Positions 11,945 to 21,527 of a stretch of 64,000 bases of DNA are shown here, piece after piece; position 1 is the first letter of the stretch, and each line of letters starts with the position of its first letter. Below the pieces are notes generated by a model. It worked only from the letters and a program-made list of their open reading frames with translations, searched no databases and had not been told where the DNA came from. The stretch comes from an uncultured Christensenella sp. GTDB lineage: Bacteria > Bacillota > Clostridia > Christensenellales > UBA1242. The stretch covers positions 81,413-145,412 of the forward strand of contig CASFQL010000018.1 in the NCBI GenBank assembly GCA_949296965.1. The letters are read 5' to 3'. Made by a program: the position numbers and the translations under genes.

Positions 11945-12965
11945 CTATATCCATTCTTTCTTGTTCTGTCAAATCTTTTGGTGTTAACCCAAGATGTTTA
12001 TATGCTCCCGCAAGTGCAACTCTACCCCTTGGAGTTCTTGCTATAAACCCAAGTCTGATTAAGAAAGGTTCATAAACATCTTCAACGGTAGCAACTTCTT
12101 CACCGATTGCCGTTGCAAGTGTTTCAACCCCGACAGGTCCGCCCTTGAAAGTTGTTATTAAAGTATTTAAAAATCTTCTATCTACATAATCAAGCCCTTT
12201 TGTATCAATATCAATCATTTCAAGCGCTTGCCTGCTGATATCAAGGGTAACTTTACCGTTTGACTTAACTTGGGCAAAATCTCTAACTCTTTTTAAAAGC
12301 CTATTGGCAATTCTAGGGGTTCCACGACTTCTTTTTGCAATCTCTAAAATCGCATCTGGGGTAATATCAACATCTAAAATTCTAGCACTCCTTTCAACAA
12401 TCAAAGAGAGTTCTTTATCACTATATAATTCAAGTCTTTGAATAATTCCAAACCTATCTCTAAGCGGAGAAGAAATATTCCCTGCTTTTGTAGTAGCCCC
12501 AACGAGAGTAAAAGGTTGTAGTTTAATTCTAATATTTCTAGCACTAGGTCCTTTACCCGTAATAAAATCAAGGGAAAAATCTTCCATCGCTGGATACAAA
12601 ATTTCTTCTACTGAATGATTAAGCCTATGTATTTCATCAATAAACAAAACATCATTTTTCTGTAAATTAGTTAAAATTGCCGCAAGGTCGGCAGCGTGTT
12701 CAATAGCAGGACCGCTAGTAATTTTAAGTTGAGTATTAAGTTCGCTAGCAATAATGTGAGATAAAGTTGTCTTGCCAAGTCCAGGGGGACCATAAAGCAA
12801 AACATGATCAAGAGCATCTTTTCTAGTTTTAGCAGCCTCGATGTAAATTTTCATACTTTCCTTAACTTTATCTTGTCCTATATATTCATCAAGGTTAGTA
12901 GGTCTAAGTGAATTTTCAATTTCAATATCACTTAATAATTTTGTGCTTTTAATAAAATCGTTCAT
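11931..12965 (-). CDS. ruvB: Holliday junction branch migration ATPase RuvB
   Basis: 344 aa. Walker [16 protein letters not shown], and a C-terminal winged helix. Confidence 0.95.
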   Translation of the reverse strand: MNDFIKSTKLLSDIEIENSLRPTNLDEYIGQDKVKESMKIYIEAAKTRKDALDHVLLYGPPGLGKTTLSHIIASELNTQLKITSGPAIEHAADLAAILTNLQKNDVLFIDEIHRLNHSVEEILYPAMEDFSLDFITGKGPSARNIRIKLQPFTLVGATTKAGNISSPLRDRFGIIQRLELYSDKELSLIVERSARILDVDITPDAILEIAKRSRGTPRIANRLLKRVRDFAQVKSNGKVTLDISRQALEMIDIDTKGLDYVDRRFLNTLITTFKGGPVGVETLATAIGEEVATVEDVYEPFLIRLGFIARTPRGRVALAGAYKHLGLTPKDLTEQERMDIDGND

Positions 12966-12968
12966 AAA

Positions 12969-13559
12969 TTAATTCCTCATTTGACTAAGTGCTTTTCTAA
13001 TAATTTCTTCTGCACTATCGCCACTAACATAACAACTTTGAGCAAGTTTAGTTGCTTCCATTCTACTTACTCCCAAACCAAATAAGACTTCAATAGCATC
13101 GCTAATTTCACTATTAAGACTAACACTTTCAAACACGGCACTTCCAGCAGGAGAAGAAATCCCCACCTTATCTTTTAATTCAATGATAAGTCTTTCAGCA
13201 GTTTTCTTACCAATTCCCTTTATTGAAGAAAGAGTTTTCAAATCTTGTGAAGAAATTACGACTTCCAAATCACCATACGAAACATTTGATAAAATTGTAA
13301 TTGCTCCCTTTGGACCAACTCCACTTACACTAATTAAATTTAAAAACATTTCTTTTTCATCAAGTGTATAAAAACCAAATAAAGAAACGCCATCGTCCCT
13401 AACCTGAAAATAAGTATGAATTTTCACTTCTTCTTGCATATCTTCAAGACATTTTAAAGCATAAGAAGACATTGTAATCTCATAACCTATTCCATTATTT
13501 TCAAGTATTATACCACTCTCACTTCTATATGTAATTTTTCCAACAATATAACTAAACAT
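12969..13559 (-). CDS. ruvA: Holliday junction DNA helicase subunit RuvA
   Basis: 196 aa. MFSYIVGKI... OB fold and HhH motifs (ISVSGVGPKGA, IKGIGKKTAERL). Confidence 0.9.
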   Translation of the reverse strand: MFSYIVGKITYRSESGIILENNGIGYEITMSSYALKCLEDMQEEVKIHTYFQVRDDGVSLFGFYTLDEKEMFLNLISVSGVGPKGAITILSNVSYGDLEVVISSQDLKTLSSIKGIGKKTAERLIIELKDKVGISSPAGSAVFESVSLNSEISDAIEVLFGLGVSRMEATKLAQSCYVSGDSAEEIIRKALSQMRN

Positions 13560-13883
13560 AATACCCCTTATATTTTATTTTTTTGTGCCAAAACATAATG
13601 AATTTTTATTAAAACATTAAAAACATCAAAAATACTGATTAATTTTATAAAAGATGACAAATATAATTTCTTAAATTTTTAAATAAATTTAACAATTTAA
13701 TAAATAAAATATTTTGCATTTTGTTTAGCAATAAGTAAAAATATTAAAAAAAGTATAAATCTGTTTTATTTAAAATTTTTATTGTATTTCATTTAAACTA
13801 AGTGCTACTTTTTATTTATTAATTAGTTAAATTAAAAAACTATTAACATAAAACTTTAAAAATTTTTTGCTTTTATTTAAAAC

Positions 13884-14378
13884 TTAAATTCTATTATCAA
13901 CAAGTTGATTATTTGTTTGTAAATGAGTTAATGCTACCGCAAGAGCATCTGCTGCATCATCTGGTCGTGGAATTTTTTCAAGCCTAAGCAAATTAGTTAC
14001 CATATACTGAATTTGTTTTTTTTCAGCCCTACCATTACCTGTTAAAGCCTGTTTAATTTGCAAAGGAGTATACTCATACATTTGAATATTCTTCTCAATT
14101 CCCGCAAGAACAATTACACCCCTTGCTTCTGCAACAGGAATGACAGTCTTTTGGTTTTTGAAAAAAAACAATTCTTCAATGGCAATTTCGTCAGGTTTAT
14201 ATGTATCTATTAATGAGAGCATACCCGAATAAATATTTGCAATCCTAGTAGCAAAACTATCTTCTTTTGGAGTTGAAATAACTCCATAATCAATCACCTT
14301 AAAATAATTCCCATCTCTTTCAACAACACCAAAGCCAACAAGTGCAAACCCGGGGTCAATACCTAAAACTCTTTTCAT
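13884..14378 (-). CDS. ruvC: crossover junction endodeoxyribonuclease RuvC
   Basis: 164 aa. LGIDPGFALVGFGV, EELFF and DAADALAVALTH catalytic-acid motifs. Confidence 0.9.
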   Translation of the reverse strand: MKRVLGIDPGFALVGFGVVERDGNYFKVIDYGVISTPKEDSFATRIANIYSGMLSLIDTYKPDEIAIEELFFFKNQKTVIPVAEARGVIVLAGIEKNIQMYEYTPLQIKQALTGNGRAEKKQIQYMVTNLLRLEKIPRPDDAADALAVALTHLQTNNQLVDNRI

Positions 14379-14395
14379 AGACTAACAAAAAAAGG

Positions 14396-15088
14396 CTATT
14401 CACCTTTTTTCTCTCCCTTTAAAGAACTTATATTATTTGAGATAATTTTGTCAATAGGTTTTTGATTGACCTTTTTTTGTTTAATGACATGCAACGGACC
14501 GCTTGCATCGTGCAAATCATATTGCATAAAAAAATCTTCTCCAACATCGGCAAGTTTTTCAACTTGCTTTTTACTTAAAGGAATAACACAATAAAATCTA
14601 GTGTAACTTAGTCCTATTTGTTCTTCAAAGAAATCAATTGGAAAAAGTTCTGGGAATACAACAATAGCGCCATAAATATCTAACTTATTTAATTCTTCAT
14701 TACCACTCAAATCAGCAACTGCACCAGCAACGACAGCCGTTTCTGTTTCAATAAAAGTTTTTGCAACTTCGTTTAGAAAACTTAAAACCCAGTTGTTATT
14801 TTTATCTTCAAAATCGTTATTCCACGACTTATGCAAAATCATACAAATTTCCCCACGAGCAATACCTTTTTCCAATATATAAGCACTCAATCCTGCGGTC
14901 GAAACAAGGTAATAATTAAATTCACTACTAGGCGGGAAAATAACAATATCAATAGAAGACAAATCAGAAGGTCTTTCTAAACCTTTAAAATACATACTTT
15001 GGTCGGCATCAAACAAGCCCTTTTCCAAAAAATGATTTACCACAGCGGACTGTCTTTCTTGCAGTTTATTTGAAAAATAACCTTCCAT
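14396..15088 (-). CDS. hypothetical cytoplasmic protein (possibly SUFU-like fold)
   Basis: Track ORF is 237 aa. I prefer the ATG at 15088 (GGGGGA 7 nt upstream), giving about 230 aa. Lies 17 nt upstream of ruvC, so it is probably co-transcribed. The family guess is weak. Confidence 0.55.
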   Translation of the reverse strand: MEGYFSNKLQERQSAVVNHFLEKGLFDADQSMYFKGLERPSDLSSIDIVIFPPSSEFNYYLVSTAGLSAYILEKGIARGEICMILHKSWNNDFEDKNNNWVLSFLNEVAKTFIETETAVVAGAVADLSGNEELNKLDIYGAIVVFPELFPIDFFEEQIGLSYTRFYCVIPLSKKQVEKLADVGEDFFMQYDLHDASGPLHVIKQKKVNQKPIDKIISNNISSLKGEKKGE

Positions 15089-15435
15089 ATTTTTATCCCC
15101 CATATACAAAGTAATGATATAAAAATTATGCCTATTTTGTCAAATAAATATTAAGTTTAATTGTTATAAAATAATATCTTAGCCCCAAAAATCGTAAAAA
15201 TGTATAAAAAGATTATGAGATAACAAATTACATTGAAAAATTTTTATATGAAAAATTATTAATAATATATTGTAAAATTACTTTATTAAAATTGTTATAC
15301 TAAAAATTAAAATCTATAACAAAAAATTATTAATAATAAATAGTTAATATATTATTAATTATAAATAACTAAATAACTAATAGACTAAACAAATGCAAAA
15401 TAATTAATTAAACAACAAACAAAGAATTAACAAAG

Positions 15436-15480
15436 AAATAATTAATGAATAAATAATTAATGAATAAATAATTAATAAAT
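15436..15480. repeat. 3 x 15-bp AT-only tandem repeat (AAATAATTAATGAAT)
   Basis: AAATAATTAATGAAT at 15436-15450 and 15451-15465; AAATAATTAATAAAT at 15466-15480. Sits inside a 615-bp gene-free spacer. Confidence 0.7.
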
Positions 15481-15610
15481 AATTAGTAAATAAATAAAAA
15501 ATAAATTAGTTAGATAACCAATTAAAATAAATTTTTAATGATAGATAATTAAATAACTAAATAAATAAATTATTAGATAATTAAATGATTAAATAAATGA
15601 TTTAATAATT

Positions 15611-15658
15611 AAATGATAAAATAAATGATAAAGTAAATGATAAAGTAAATGATAAAAT
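15611..15658. repeat. 4 x 12-bp tandem repeat (AAATGATAAARY)
   Basis: AAATGATAAAAT, AAATGATAAAGT, AAATGATAAAGT, AAATGATAAAAT in direct succession. Degenerate copies extend upstream to about 15575. Confidence 0.7.
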
Positions 15659-15724
15659 AAAAAAGGAAGTTTACAACTCGTAAAATTCCTTGTATTTTTT
15701 TATCTAAAAATTAAATAAAAAATA

Positions 15725-16732
15725 TTAATCATAATTTTTTCTATCCAAAACCCCATTTAAAAGGAGCCTTTTTATTTTAGGAGATAATTTATTTAAGTCT
15801 ACTTTTTGCCCATCTATTTCAATGTTATCAGGTTCTTTTAAATAATTTTGACTATCTAAATTTTCTTCATCTTCCTCATCATCTTGCAAGATATATTTTG
15901 AAAAATCTTCGTCATCATCTTCGTTATTTTTGTCGTTTTGTTTGATGTAATTTGAAAAATCTTCTTTATCTTCATTAGAAGAATTACTATTCATACCACT
16001 AAAATCTTTCTTGTATTTTTTTAAAAACTCTAAGCCTTCGTCATCATCTTCATCGTCAAAATTAAGATTAGAATTTTTTCCCCTTTTTTCTTTCTTTTCC
16101 CTTTCTTCTAGGAATTTATCAAATTCTTCAAAAAACTTATCATTATCTTCCGCATCAAAATCTAAATCGTCTTCTTCAATTTGATATCTTAACTCGTCAT
16201 CAGACTTTTCTCTACCATAGTCATTCTTATTAAAATGATTCTTATAAACAAAATCTTCCTTTATATTATCTTTTTCCCTTTCAAAATCAAACTTATCATA
16301 AACCCTTTTTTTTGAGGAATTAAAAACAAAGTTCTTAGAGTTAAAACTATTATCTTCTAAAAAAGTATCATCTATGCTTTCACTTAAAACTTTTGAAAGT
16401 TCATCTTTGCTAATGCCTTTTTTGTTAATCTCATTTTTATTTGAAGTTTCTACCTTTAAATTTTCATTAAGTTTTAGGACTTCCTTACTAGGTGGTAGCA
16501 AAACAGGTCTTGACTGTATTTTGCTTCTGCCAAATCTTTTTTCTTTTTTTTCTAAACTTTTATCTTTTTCTTTTGCCTTATCATTTTCTTCTTTTTTAAT
16601 GGTATCTTTTGGTTTTTCTTTCTTTTTAAAATTAAATATTTTAGTAAATAATATTTTTAGTTTTTTATGATAAAGGGCAAAAAAAGATATCAAAAACAAG
16701 ATTATACAAACTATTAAAAATAAGGTAACCAT
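15725..16732 (-). CDS. membrane-anchored, highly charged (K/E/D/N-rich) low-complexity protein
   Basis: 335 aa. One N-terminal TM (VTLFLIVCIILFLISFFALY); the rest is charged and low complexity. AGGAG 8 nt before the ATG. No recognisable domain. Confidence 0.6.
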   Translation of the reverse strand: MVTLFLIVCIILFLISFFALYHKKLKILFTKIFNFKKKEKPKDTIKKEENDKAKEKDKSLEKKEKRFGRSKIQSRPVLLPPSKEVLKLNENLKVETSNKNEINKKGISKDELSKVLSESIDDTFLEDNSFNSKNFVFNSSKKRVYDKFDFEREKDNIKEDFVYKNHFNKNDYGREKSDDELRYQIEEDDLDFDAEDNDKFFEEFDKFLEEREKKEKRGKNSNLNFDDEDDDEGLEFLKKYKKDFSGMNSNSSNEDKEDFSNYIKQNDKNNEDDDEDFSKYILQDDEEDEENLDSQNYLKEPDNIEIDGQKVDLNKLSPKIKRLLLNGVLDRKNYD

Positions 16733-16938
16733 CTTTTTTTCTCCTTTTAACTAAAAATATTTTATTTTGACCGCATACAAACTAATAAATTCCCTAAAAA
16801 TTATAAATTCATTCTTTTGTTTTTTTCATAACTTTTATTTTTCTTAGTTGTAAAATAATCTTTATTAAGACATTTTCTTCTACATTACAAATTAATTAAA
16901 ATTGTTTTTTGTAATTTTTAAAGCATTATTTATAAAAT

Positions 16939-17958
16939 TTACTTTTTCCTTTTTTCATTATTTTCAACTTTAATACTATCAATTATTGAATTTCTCATAT
17001 TTGTGTCTGCAATCATATTCTGCAACTTGCAATAGTCCATCATATCAAATTTTCCATCTTCAAAAGCCTTTATAATTGACTTTGTCATTTCAACATCTTT
17101 CTCAACCTTTTTAAGTTTTTCTTCTTCAATTTTTTTCTTAGTTTCTTGGACTTTTTTTTCTTCTTTTAATTTGTCTTCTTCTGCCTTCATAATTGCGATT
17201 TGAGCAAGTTGTTCGTTTTCCTTAACTGAGCGTTCATAATCAATATCTTTTACTATTTCAATATTTAAAATTTGGACAGACTTTAAAATAAATCTACTAT
17301 CGCTATCAATCTTTTTAGCAAGAATATTTTTTGAAATCAAATCACAATTTTTCATTATATCCTTATAAGAATTAAATCCGTTGACCGCCAAAATGCAATT
17401 TTCTTTTGCTCTATTAACCAAAGTTTCTTCCAAAGTTCCACCGACAATTTTTTGTTGATTCCCCAACAAAGTTAGCGACATTTTGATTTTTAGTTCCATA
17501 TTATCAACCGTAAAAACATTAAACTCAGGGACATCTATTTCAATAGGATTAACGCAAGATTTTACAAAATCACTTACACTAGTTCCTGCATTATCAAGTG
17601 TTTTAGCACTGTCAAGGGAAAGAAGAATTCCCGCATCTTTTGCACAAATTAAGCCATTAATTACATTTTGCAAATTGCCTCCAGCGTTATAATGTATTTC
17701 AAGGTCATCAATAGTAACAAATACCCCAGACTTTTTAGCATAAACAAACCAATCTGCTATCATATCATAAGGCATTTTTTTAGACTTTAAAACTCCTAAT
17801 TTGAAAGGAGAAATATAAACTTTTTCACAAATAACCCTAAACCAAGTTTTTACAGGAATAAAAACGCAAAACAAAATCACTGCCACAACAAATAATACCA
17901 ATAAAATTATTAAGAATATTATCCCAAAACTAAGGGGTGCACCAATCATATTTTTCAT
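16939..17958 (-). CDS. floA: flotillin-like protein FloA (YqfA/UPF0365 family)
   Basis: 339 aa. N-terminal TM, then HYNAGGNLQNVINGLICAKDAG, VNPIEIDVP and the C-terminal FDMMDYCKLQNMIADTNMRNS. These parallel B. subtilis FloA (HYLAGGNVDRVVNALIAA ... GVMDYMNIKNIDADTEMRDS). Confidence 0.8.
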   Translation of the reverse strand: MKNMIGAPLSFGIIFLIILLVLFVVAVILFCVFIPVKTWFRVICEKVYISPFKLGVLKSKKMPYDMIADWFVYAKKSGVFVTIDDLEIHYNAGGNLQNVINGLICAKDAGILLSLDSAKTLDNAGTSVSDFVKSCVNPIEIDVPEFNVFTVDNMELKIKMSLTLLGNQQKIVGGTLEETLVNRAKENCILAVNGFNSYKDIMKNCDLISKNILAKKIDSDSRFILKSVQILNIEIVKDIDYERSVKENEQLAQIAIMKAEEDKLKEEKKVQETKKKIEEEKLKKVEKDVEMTKSIIKAFEDGKFDMMDYCKLQNMIADTNMRNSIIDSIKVENNEKRKK

Positions 17959-18049
17959 ACTTTGATTATAGCATAGTGCAATGCAAAAATAAACCCCTAA
18001 CTTTTTAATTAGTTAAAATGACTATATTATATTCTTGTTACCACATATT

Positions 18050-18077
18050 AAAAAGGTGTTGAAGTTAATCAACACCC
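18050..18077 (-). terminator. intrinsic terminator overlapping the nrdG stop codon
   Basis: On the minus strand: GGTGTTG-attaactt-CAACACC followed by TTTTT. The nrdG stop (18065-18067) lies in the loop. Confidence 0.55.
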
Positions 18078-18742
18078 TTTAAAGTAACATTTTGAATATA
18101 TTTTTTTGCGATTTCCATAGCCATAATATGGTCATCTTTTGGTCTTAAAGGCAAATTTTCTTTATTATATTCAACCTGCCTATATCTTTGAATAGAATAG
18201 TTCTTAGCCCCCTTAATCTGTTCACAAATTTTATCTATATCTTCAAGTGTTAAATCTGGGGAAAAAGTAGTTCTAAATTCGTAATTAACAACATTTTTTA
18301 AAAGCAAGTTCTTACTCTTAATAATGTTATCCATAGGCAAATTTACTCTAACGACTTTATGATAATCATCAAAAGGTGCCTTTATATCCATAGCGACATA
18401 ATCTACTAACTTATTTTTTATAAGATATTCCAAGACTTGATAATTTGAGCCGTTCGTATCAAGTTTAACTAAATACCCCATACTTTTAATATGAGAAATA
18501 AATTCAATTAAATCTTTTTGGAGAGTTGGTTCCCCACCCGATACAACAACTCCGTCTAAAAAGTCCTTTCTATCTTGTAAAAATTCGTAAATTTGCTCAT
18601 TTGTAAACTTTGATTTTTCATTAAACAAATGGGAATTATGACAATACCAACATCTCATATTACAGCCTGTTGTAAAAATAACAAAAGCAATTTTGTGCGG
18701 ATAGTCTACAAAAGAATTTTTAACAATTCCACCAATATTCAT
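18065..18742 (-). CDS. nrdG: anaerobic ribonucleoside-triphosphate reductase activating protein (radical SAM)
   Basis: 225 aa. CNMRCWYCHN cluster motif and GGEPTL. Immediately downstream of nrdD. Confidence 0.9.
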   Translation of the reverse strand: MNIGGIVKNSFVDYPHKIAFVIFTTGCNMRCWYCHNSHLFNEKSKFTNEQIYEFLQDRKDFLDGVVVSGGEPTLQKDLIEFISHIKSMGYLVKLDTNGSNYQVLEYLIKNKLVDYVAMDIKAPFDDYHKVVRVNLPMDNIIKSKNLLLKNVVNYEFRTTFSPDLTLEDIDKICEQIKGAKNYSIQRYRQVEYNKENLPLRPKDDHIMAMEIAKKYIQNVTLKGVD

Positions 18743-18770
18743 AATATACCTACACTAAATACCAAACTAA

Positions 18771-20903
18771 TTATTCAGCAAAATCGCTAATACAATCATC
18801 AATTTCGTCTTCCTTAATGACGAACTTAGTTCTATTCATATATTCATCATATTTGCTATCATTATAATCTTGGACAGGTCTTAAATAACCTACAACCCTT
18901 GACCAAACTTCTGCTTTTTTGCCACATTCTGGACATTCAAAATGTTCACCTGCTATGTAACCGTGGTCCTCACAAACACTAAATGTTGGAGTAATAGAAA
19001 TATAAGGCATTTTGCTTGTTGAGAAAATTTTTCTAATAAGTTTTTTACAAACTTCTTTATCTTCAATTCTTTCACCAAGATAAAGGTGTAAAACTGTTCC
19101 ACCTGTATAAAGAGATTGCAACTCGTCTTGTAAAGCAACGGTCTTAAAAATATCATCACTAAACTCAACAGGTAATTGAGTTGAATTAGTATAACTAACT
19201 GCATTTTTTCCAGCAGTAATGATATCTGGGAACCTTTTCTTATCAAGTTTAGCAAGTCTAGCGCTAACGCCTTCTGCTGGAGTTGCCTCCAAGTTATATT
19301 GATTACCTGTTTCTTCTTGGTATTCAACCATTTTTTGTCTTAGATAATTCATAACTTTTAAGGCGAATTCTTGTCCTTCCTTTGTAGTAAGGTCGGTATT
19401 TTTGAAATTCTTTAAACTTTCATTCATACCAACAATTCCAATAGTGTTAAAGTGATTTGACCAATATCCACCTGTCCTCTTTTTGACATCTCTTAAATAG
19501 AATTTACAATAAGGATACAAACCTCTATCTGTTTGACTTTCTACTATTTTTCTCTTAATTTCAAGTGAATTTTTTGCGATATCAGCATACTTTGAAAGCA
19601 TTGAAAAATATTCACTTTCGTTTTGAGCAAGATATCCAATACGAGGCAAGTTGATAGTTACAACACCTATTGAACCTGTAAGAGGGTTTGAACCAAATAA
19701 TCCGCCACCTCTTTTCCTAAGTTGAGAAACATCAAGTCTAAGCCTACAACACATTGAAACCGCATCTTCTGGGGAAAGGTCGGAATTAACATAGTTAGCA
19801 AAATATGGAATACCATATTTGCAAGTAATATCCATAATTGAATTAATGACATCACTATCCCAATCTAAATCTTTTGTAACATTGATAGTTGGAATTGGGA
19901 AAGTAAATACTCTGCCCTGTGAGTCGCCTTCTAGCATAACTTCACAAAAAGCCTTATTAATGATATCCATTTCTTTTTGATATTCACCATATGTAGTATT
20001 TTGTGGTTGACCGCCAATAATTACAGGCTGATCTCTTAAAGTTTTTGGGCATTTAATATCAAGTGTAATGTTTGAAAAAGGACATTGAAAGCCGACTCTT
20101 GTAGGAACATTCATATTAAAGACAAATTCTTGTATTGCCTGTTTAACTTGGCTATAACTTAAATTATCAACTCTAACAAAAGGAGCACAATATGTATCAA
20201 AACTACTCCAAGCCTGAGCCCCTGCCGTTTCTCCCTGTGTAGTAAAAGTAGCATTAACGACTTGTCCTAAGAAAGACCTCAAATGTTTTGGAGGTTTTGA
20301 AGACATTTTTCTAGGAACACCAGTAAATCCATCAGTTAAAATTTGCCTTAAATCCCAACCAACGCAGTATGCACCAAAGAAACCAAGGTCGTGCAAGTGA
20401 ATTGCTCCACTTTCATGGGCTTCTTTTACTTCTGTTGGATAAACTTCATTTAGCCAATAGTTCTTAGTAAAATTTTCTCTAACATAGTTATTTAAGCCAG
20501 CAACACTATGTTGCATATTTGCGTTTTCTTTTACAGCCCAGTCAGCACTGTCAAGGTATTTAGTAAACAGATCAATAGTAGCCCCTGTGAGAGCATTTAA
20601 TTCCCTAGCAGATGACCTTTTTTCTCTATATAAGATATAAGCCTTTGCAACTCTTGCGTGTCTATTTTCAATCAAAACTTTTTCAACTGTATCTTGGATT
20701 TCTTCAACAGTTGGAATTTTGTCTCCGTTCTTTGTCTCAACAATCTTTTCTACTTGCCCTGCTAAGTTTTCAGCAAGTTCTCTATCGTGCCCATCGCAAG
20801 CAAGTGCTGCCTTATAAATAGCATTTGCTATCTTATTCCTATCATAGTCTTCTATTAAGCCATCTCTCTTTCTAACTTGTTTAATCATTTTTTTTGTAAA
20901 CAC
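18771..20903 (-). CDS. nrdD: anaerobic ribonucleoside-triphosphate reductase
   Basis: About 705-710 aa. N-terminal ATP-cone (VRKRDGLIEDYDRNKI), C-terminal zinc ribbon CPECGK and glycyl-radical motif RVVGYLRP. The start is either GTG at 20903 or ATG at 20888. Confidence 0.95.
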   Translation of the reverse strand: MFTKKMIKQVRKRDGLIEDYDRNKIANAIYKAALACDGHDRELAENLAGQVEKIVETKNGDKIPTVEEIQDTVEKVLIENRHARVAKAYILYREKRSSARELNALTGATIDLFTKYLDSADWAVKENANMQHSVAGLNNYVRENFTKNYWLNEVYPTEVKEAHESGAIHLHDLGFFGAYCVGWDLRQILTDGFTGVPRKMSSKPPKHLRSFLGQVVNATFTTQGETAGAQAWSSFDTYCAPFVRVDNLSYSQVKQAIQEFVFNMNVPTRVGFQCPFSNITLDIKCPKTLRDQPVIIGGQPQNTTYGEYQKEMDIINKAFCEVMLEGDSQGRVFTFPIPTINVTKDLDWDSDVINSIMDITCKYGIPYFANYVNSDLSPEDAVSMCCRLRLDVSQLRKRGGGLFGSNPLTGSIGVVTINLPRIGYLAQNESEYFSMLSKYADIAKNSLEIKRKIVESQTDRGLYPYCKFYLRDVKKRTGGYWSNHFNTIGIVGMNESLKNFKNTDLTTKEGQEFALKVMNYLRQKMVEYQEETGNQYNLEATPAEGVSARLAKLDKKRFPDIITAGKNAVSYTNSTQLPVEFSDDIFKTVALQDELQSLYTGGTVLHLYLGERIEDKEVCKKLIRKIFSTSKMPYISITPTFSVCEDHGYIAGEHFECPECGKKAEVWSRVVGYLRPVQDYNDSKYDEYMNRTKFVIKEDEIDDCISDFAE

Positions 20904-20927
20904 TCCTTTGTTAATATGTATGCCACA

Positions 20928-20986
20928 ACTTTACCACTCACTACATATTGTGTCAACAAAAAAACAAAAAATACTATATATTGTGG
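20928..20986 (-). promoter_or_regulatory. nrdDG promoter with two NrdR boxes
   Basis: Minus strand: TTGACA (20956-20951), 17 nt, TAAAGT (20933-20928). Two near-palindromic 16-mers fit the NrdR-box consensus acaCwAtATaTwGtgt: TCACTACATATTGTGT (20938-20953, overlapping the -35/spacer) and ATACTATATATTGTGG (20971-20986). Their starts are 33 bp apart. Confidence 0.65.
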
Positions 20987-21189
20987 TCGCTTTTGTTTAG
21001 GTTGCACAAAAAAAGAATTTGTAACACTTGCACAAATATAAAAAAAGTGTTAAAAATCACTTGATTTTTTAGTTTTCTTTAACAAATTTTGCAATTTTTT
21101 AAAAACCTTTATAATAAAGAGAAAGAGAATTTTTAGTTGTAAAAATATAATTTTTTTATTGCCAAATTTTACCAAAAAACAAGATAAAT

Positions 21190-21217
21190 TTGACAATAGT
21201 ATAGTTTCTGATATAAT
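21190..21217 (+). promoter_or_regulatory. near-consensus sigma-A type promoter facing tRNA-Leu
   Basis: TTGACA (21190-21195), 16 nt, TATAAT (21212-21217) on the plus strand, about 170 nt upstream of the tRNA. There is no other plus-strand gene between them. Confidence 0.5.
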
Positions 21218-21320
21218 AAAAATATAAAAGTAAAAAATATTTTTTAAAAAATTTTTTTTTAAAAACATTTTTATATTTACTTTATATATTCCATATTTAA
21301 TTATATTTTTTCATATATAA

Positions 21321-21396
21321 ATATGTTTTATATTTAGATATATGTTTTATATGTAAATATATTTTATATGTGAATATATCTTTTATATGTAGATAT
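21321..21396 (+). repeat. four tandem ~18-bp repeats (ATATATGTTTTATATGTAR) running into the 5' end of tRNA-Leu
   Basis: Units at about 21321-37, 21338-56, 21357-73 and 21374-92. The last unit ends ...TATATGTAG and supplies the first bases of the tRNA acceptor stem (GTAGATA starts at 21389). Confidence 0.6.
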
Positions 21397-21475
21397 GGTG
21401 GAATGGTAGACACACTAGATTCAGAGTCTAGCGAGTTTTAAACTCATGCAGGTTCAACTCCTGTTATCTACACCA
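21389..21475 (+). tRNA. tRNA-Leu (anticodon CAG), class II with long variable arm, CCA encoded
   Basis: Acceptor stem GTAGATA/TATCTAC. D arm GTGGAATGGTAGACAC. Anticodon stem CTAGA/TCTAG with loop TTCAGAG. Variable arm GAGTTT..AAACTC. T arm GCAGGTTCAACTCCTGT. Ends ACCA. 87 nt. Confidence 0.9.
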
Positions 21476-21527
21476 AAATTATATTTATTATAAAATTAAA
21501 AAGACTGTCTATTAATAACTATATAAT

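Noticed and set aside
13581-13595. TTTGTGCCAAAAC in the ruvA-ruvC spacer, matching the conserved TGTGC|CAAAA junction of the repeat family
   Set aside because: I could find no matching 3' arm (GCACAAA) and no P2-P4 hairpins downstream. It may be a chance 10-mer or a highly eroded seventh copy, and is not reportable as an element.
16939-17958. FloA without an adjacent NfeD partner, versus the separate NfeD-SPFH pair at 29082-30628, as a possible anomaly
   Set aside because: SPFH paralogs with and without NfeD neighbours are common. Nothing in the sequence suggests more than ordinary gene-order variation.
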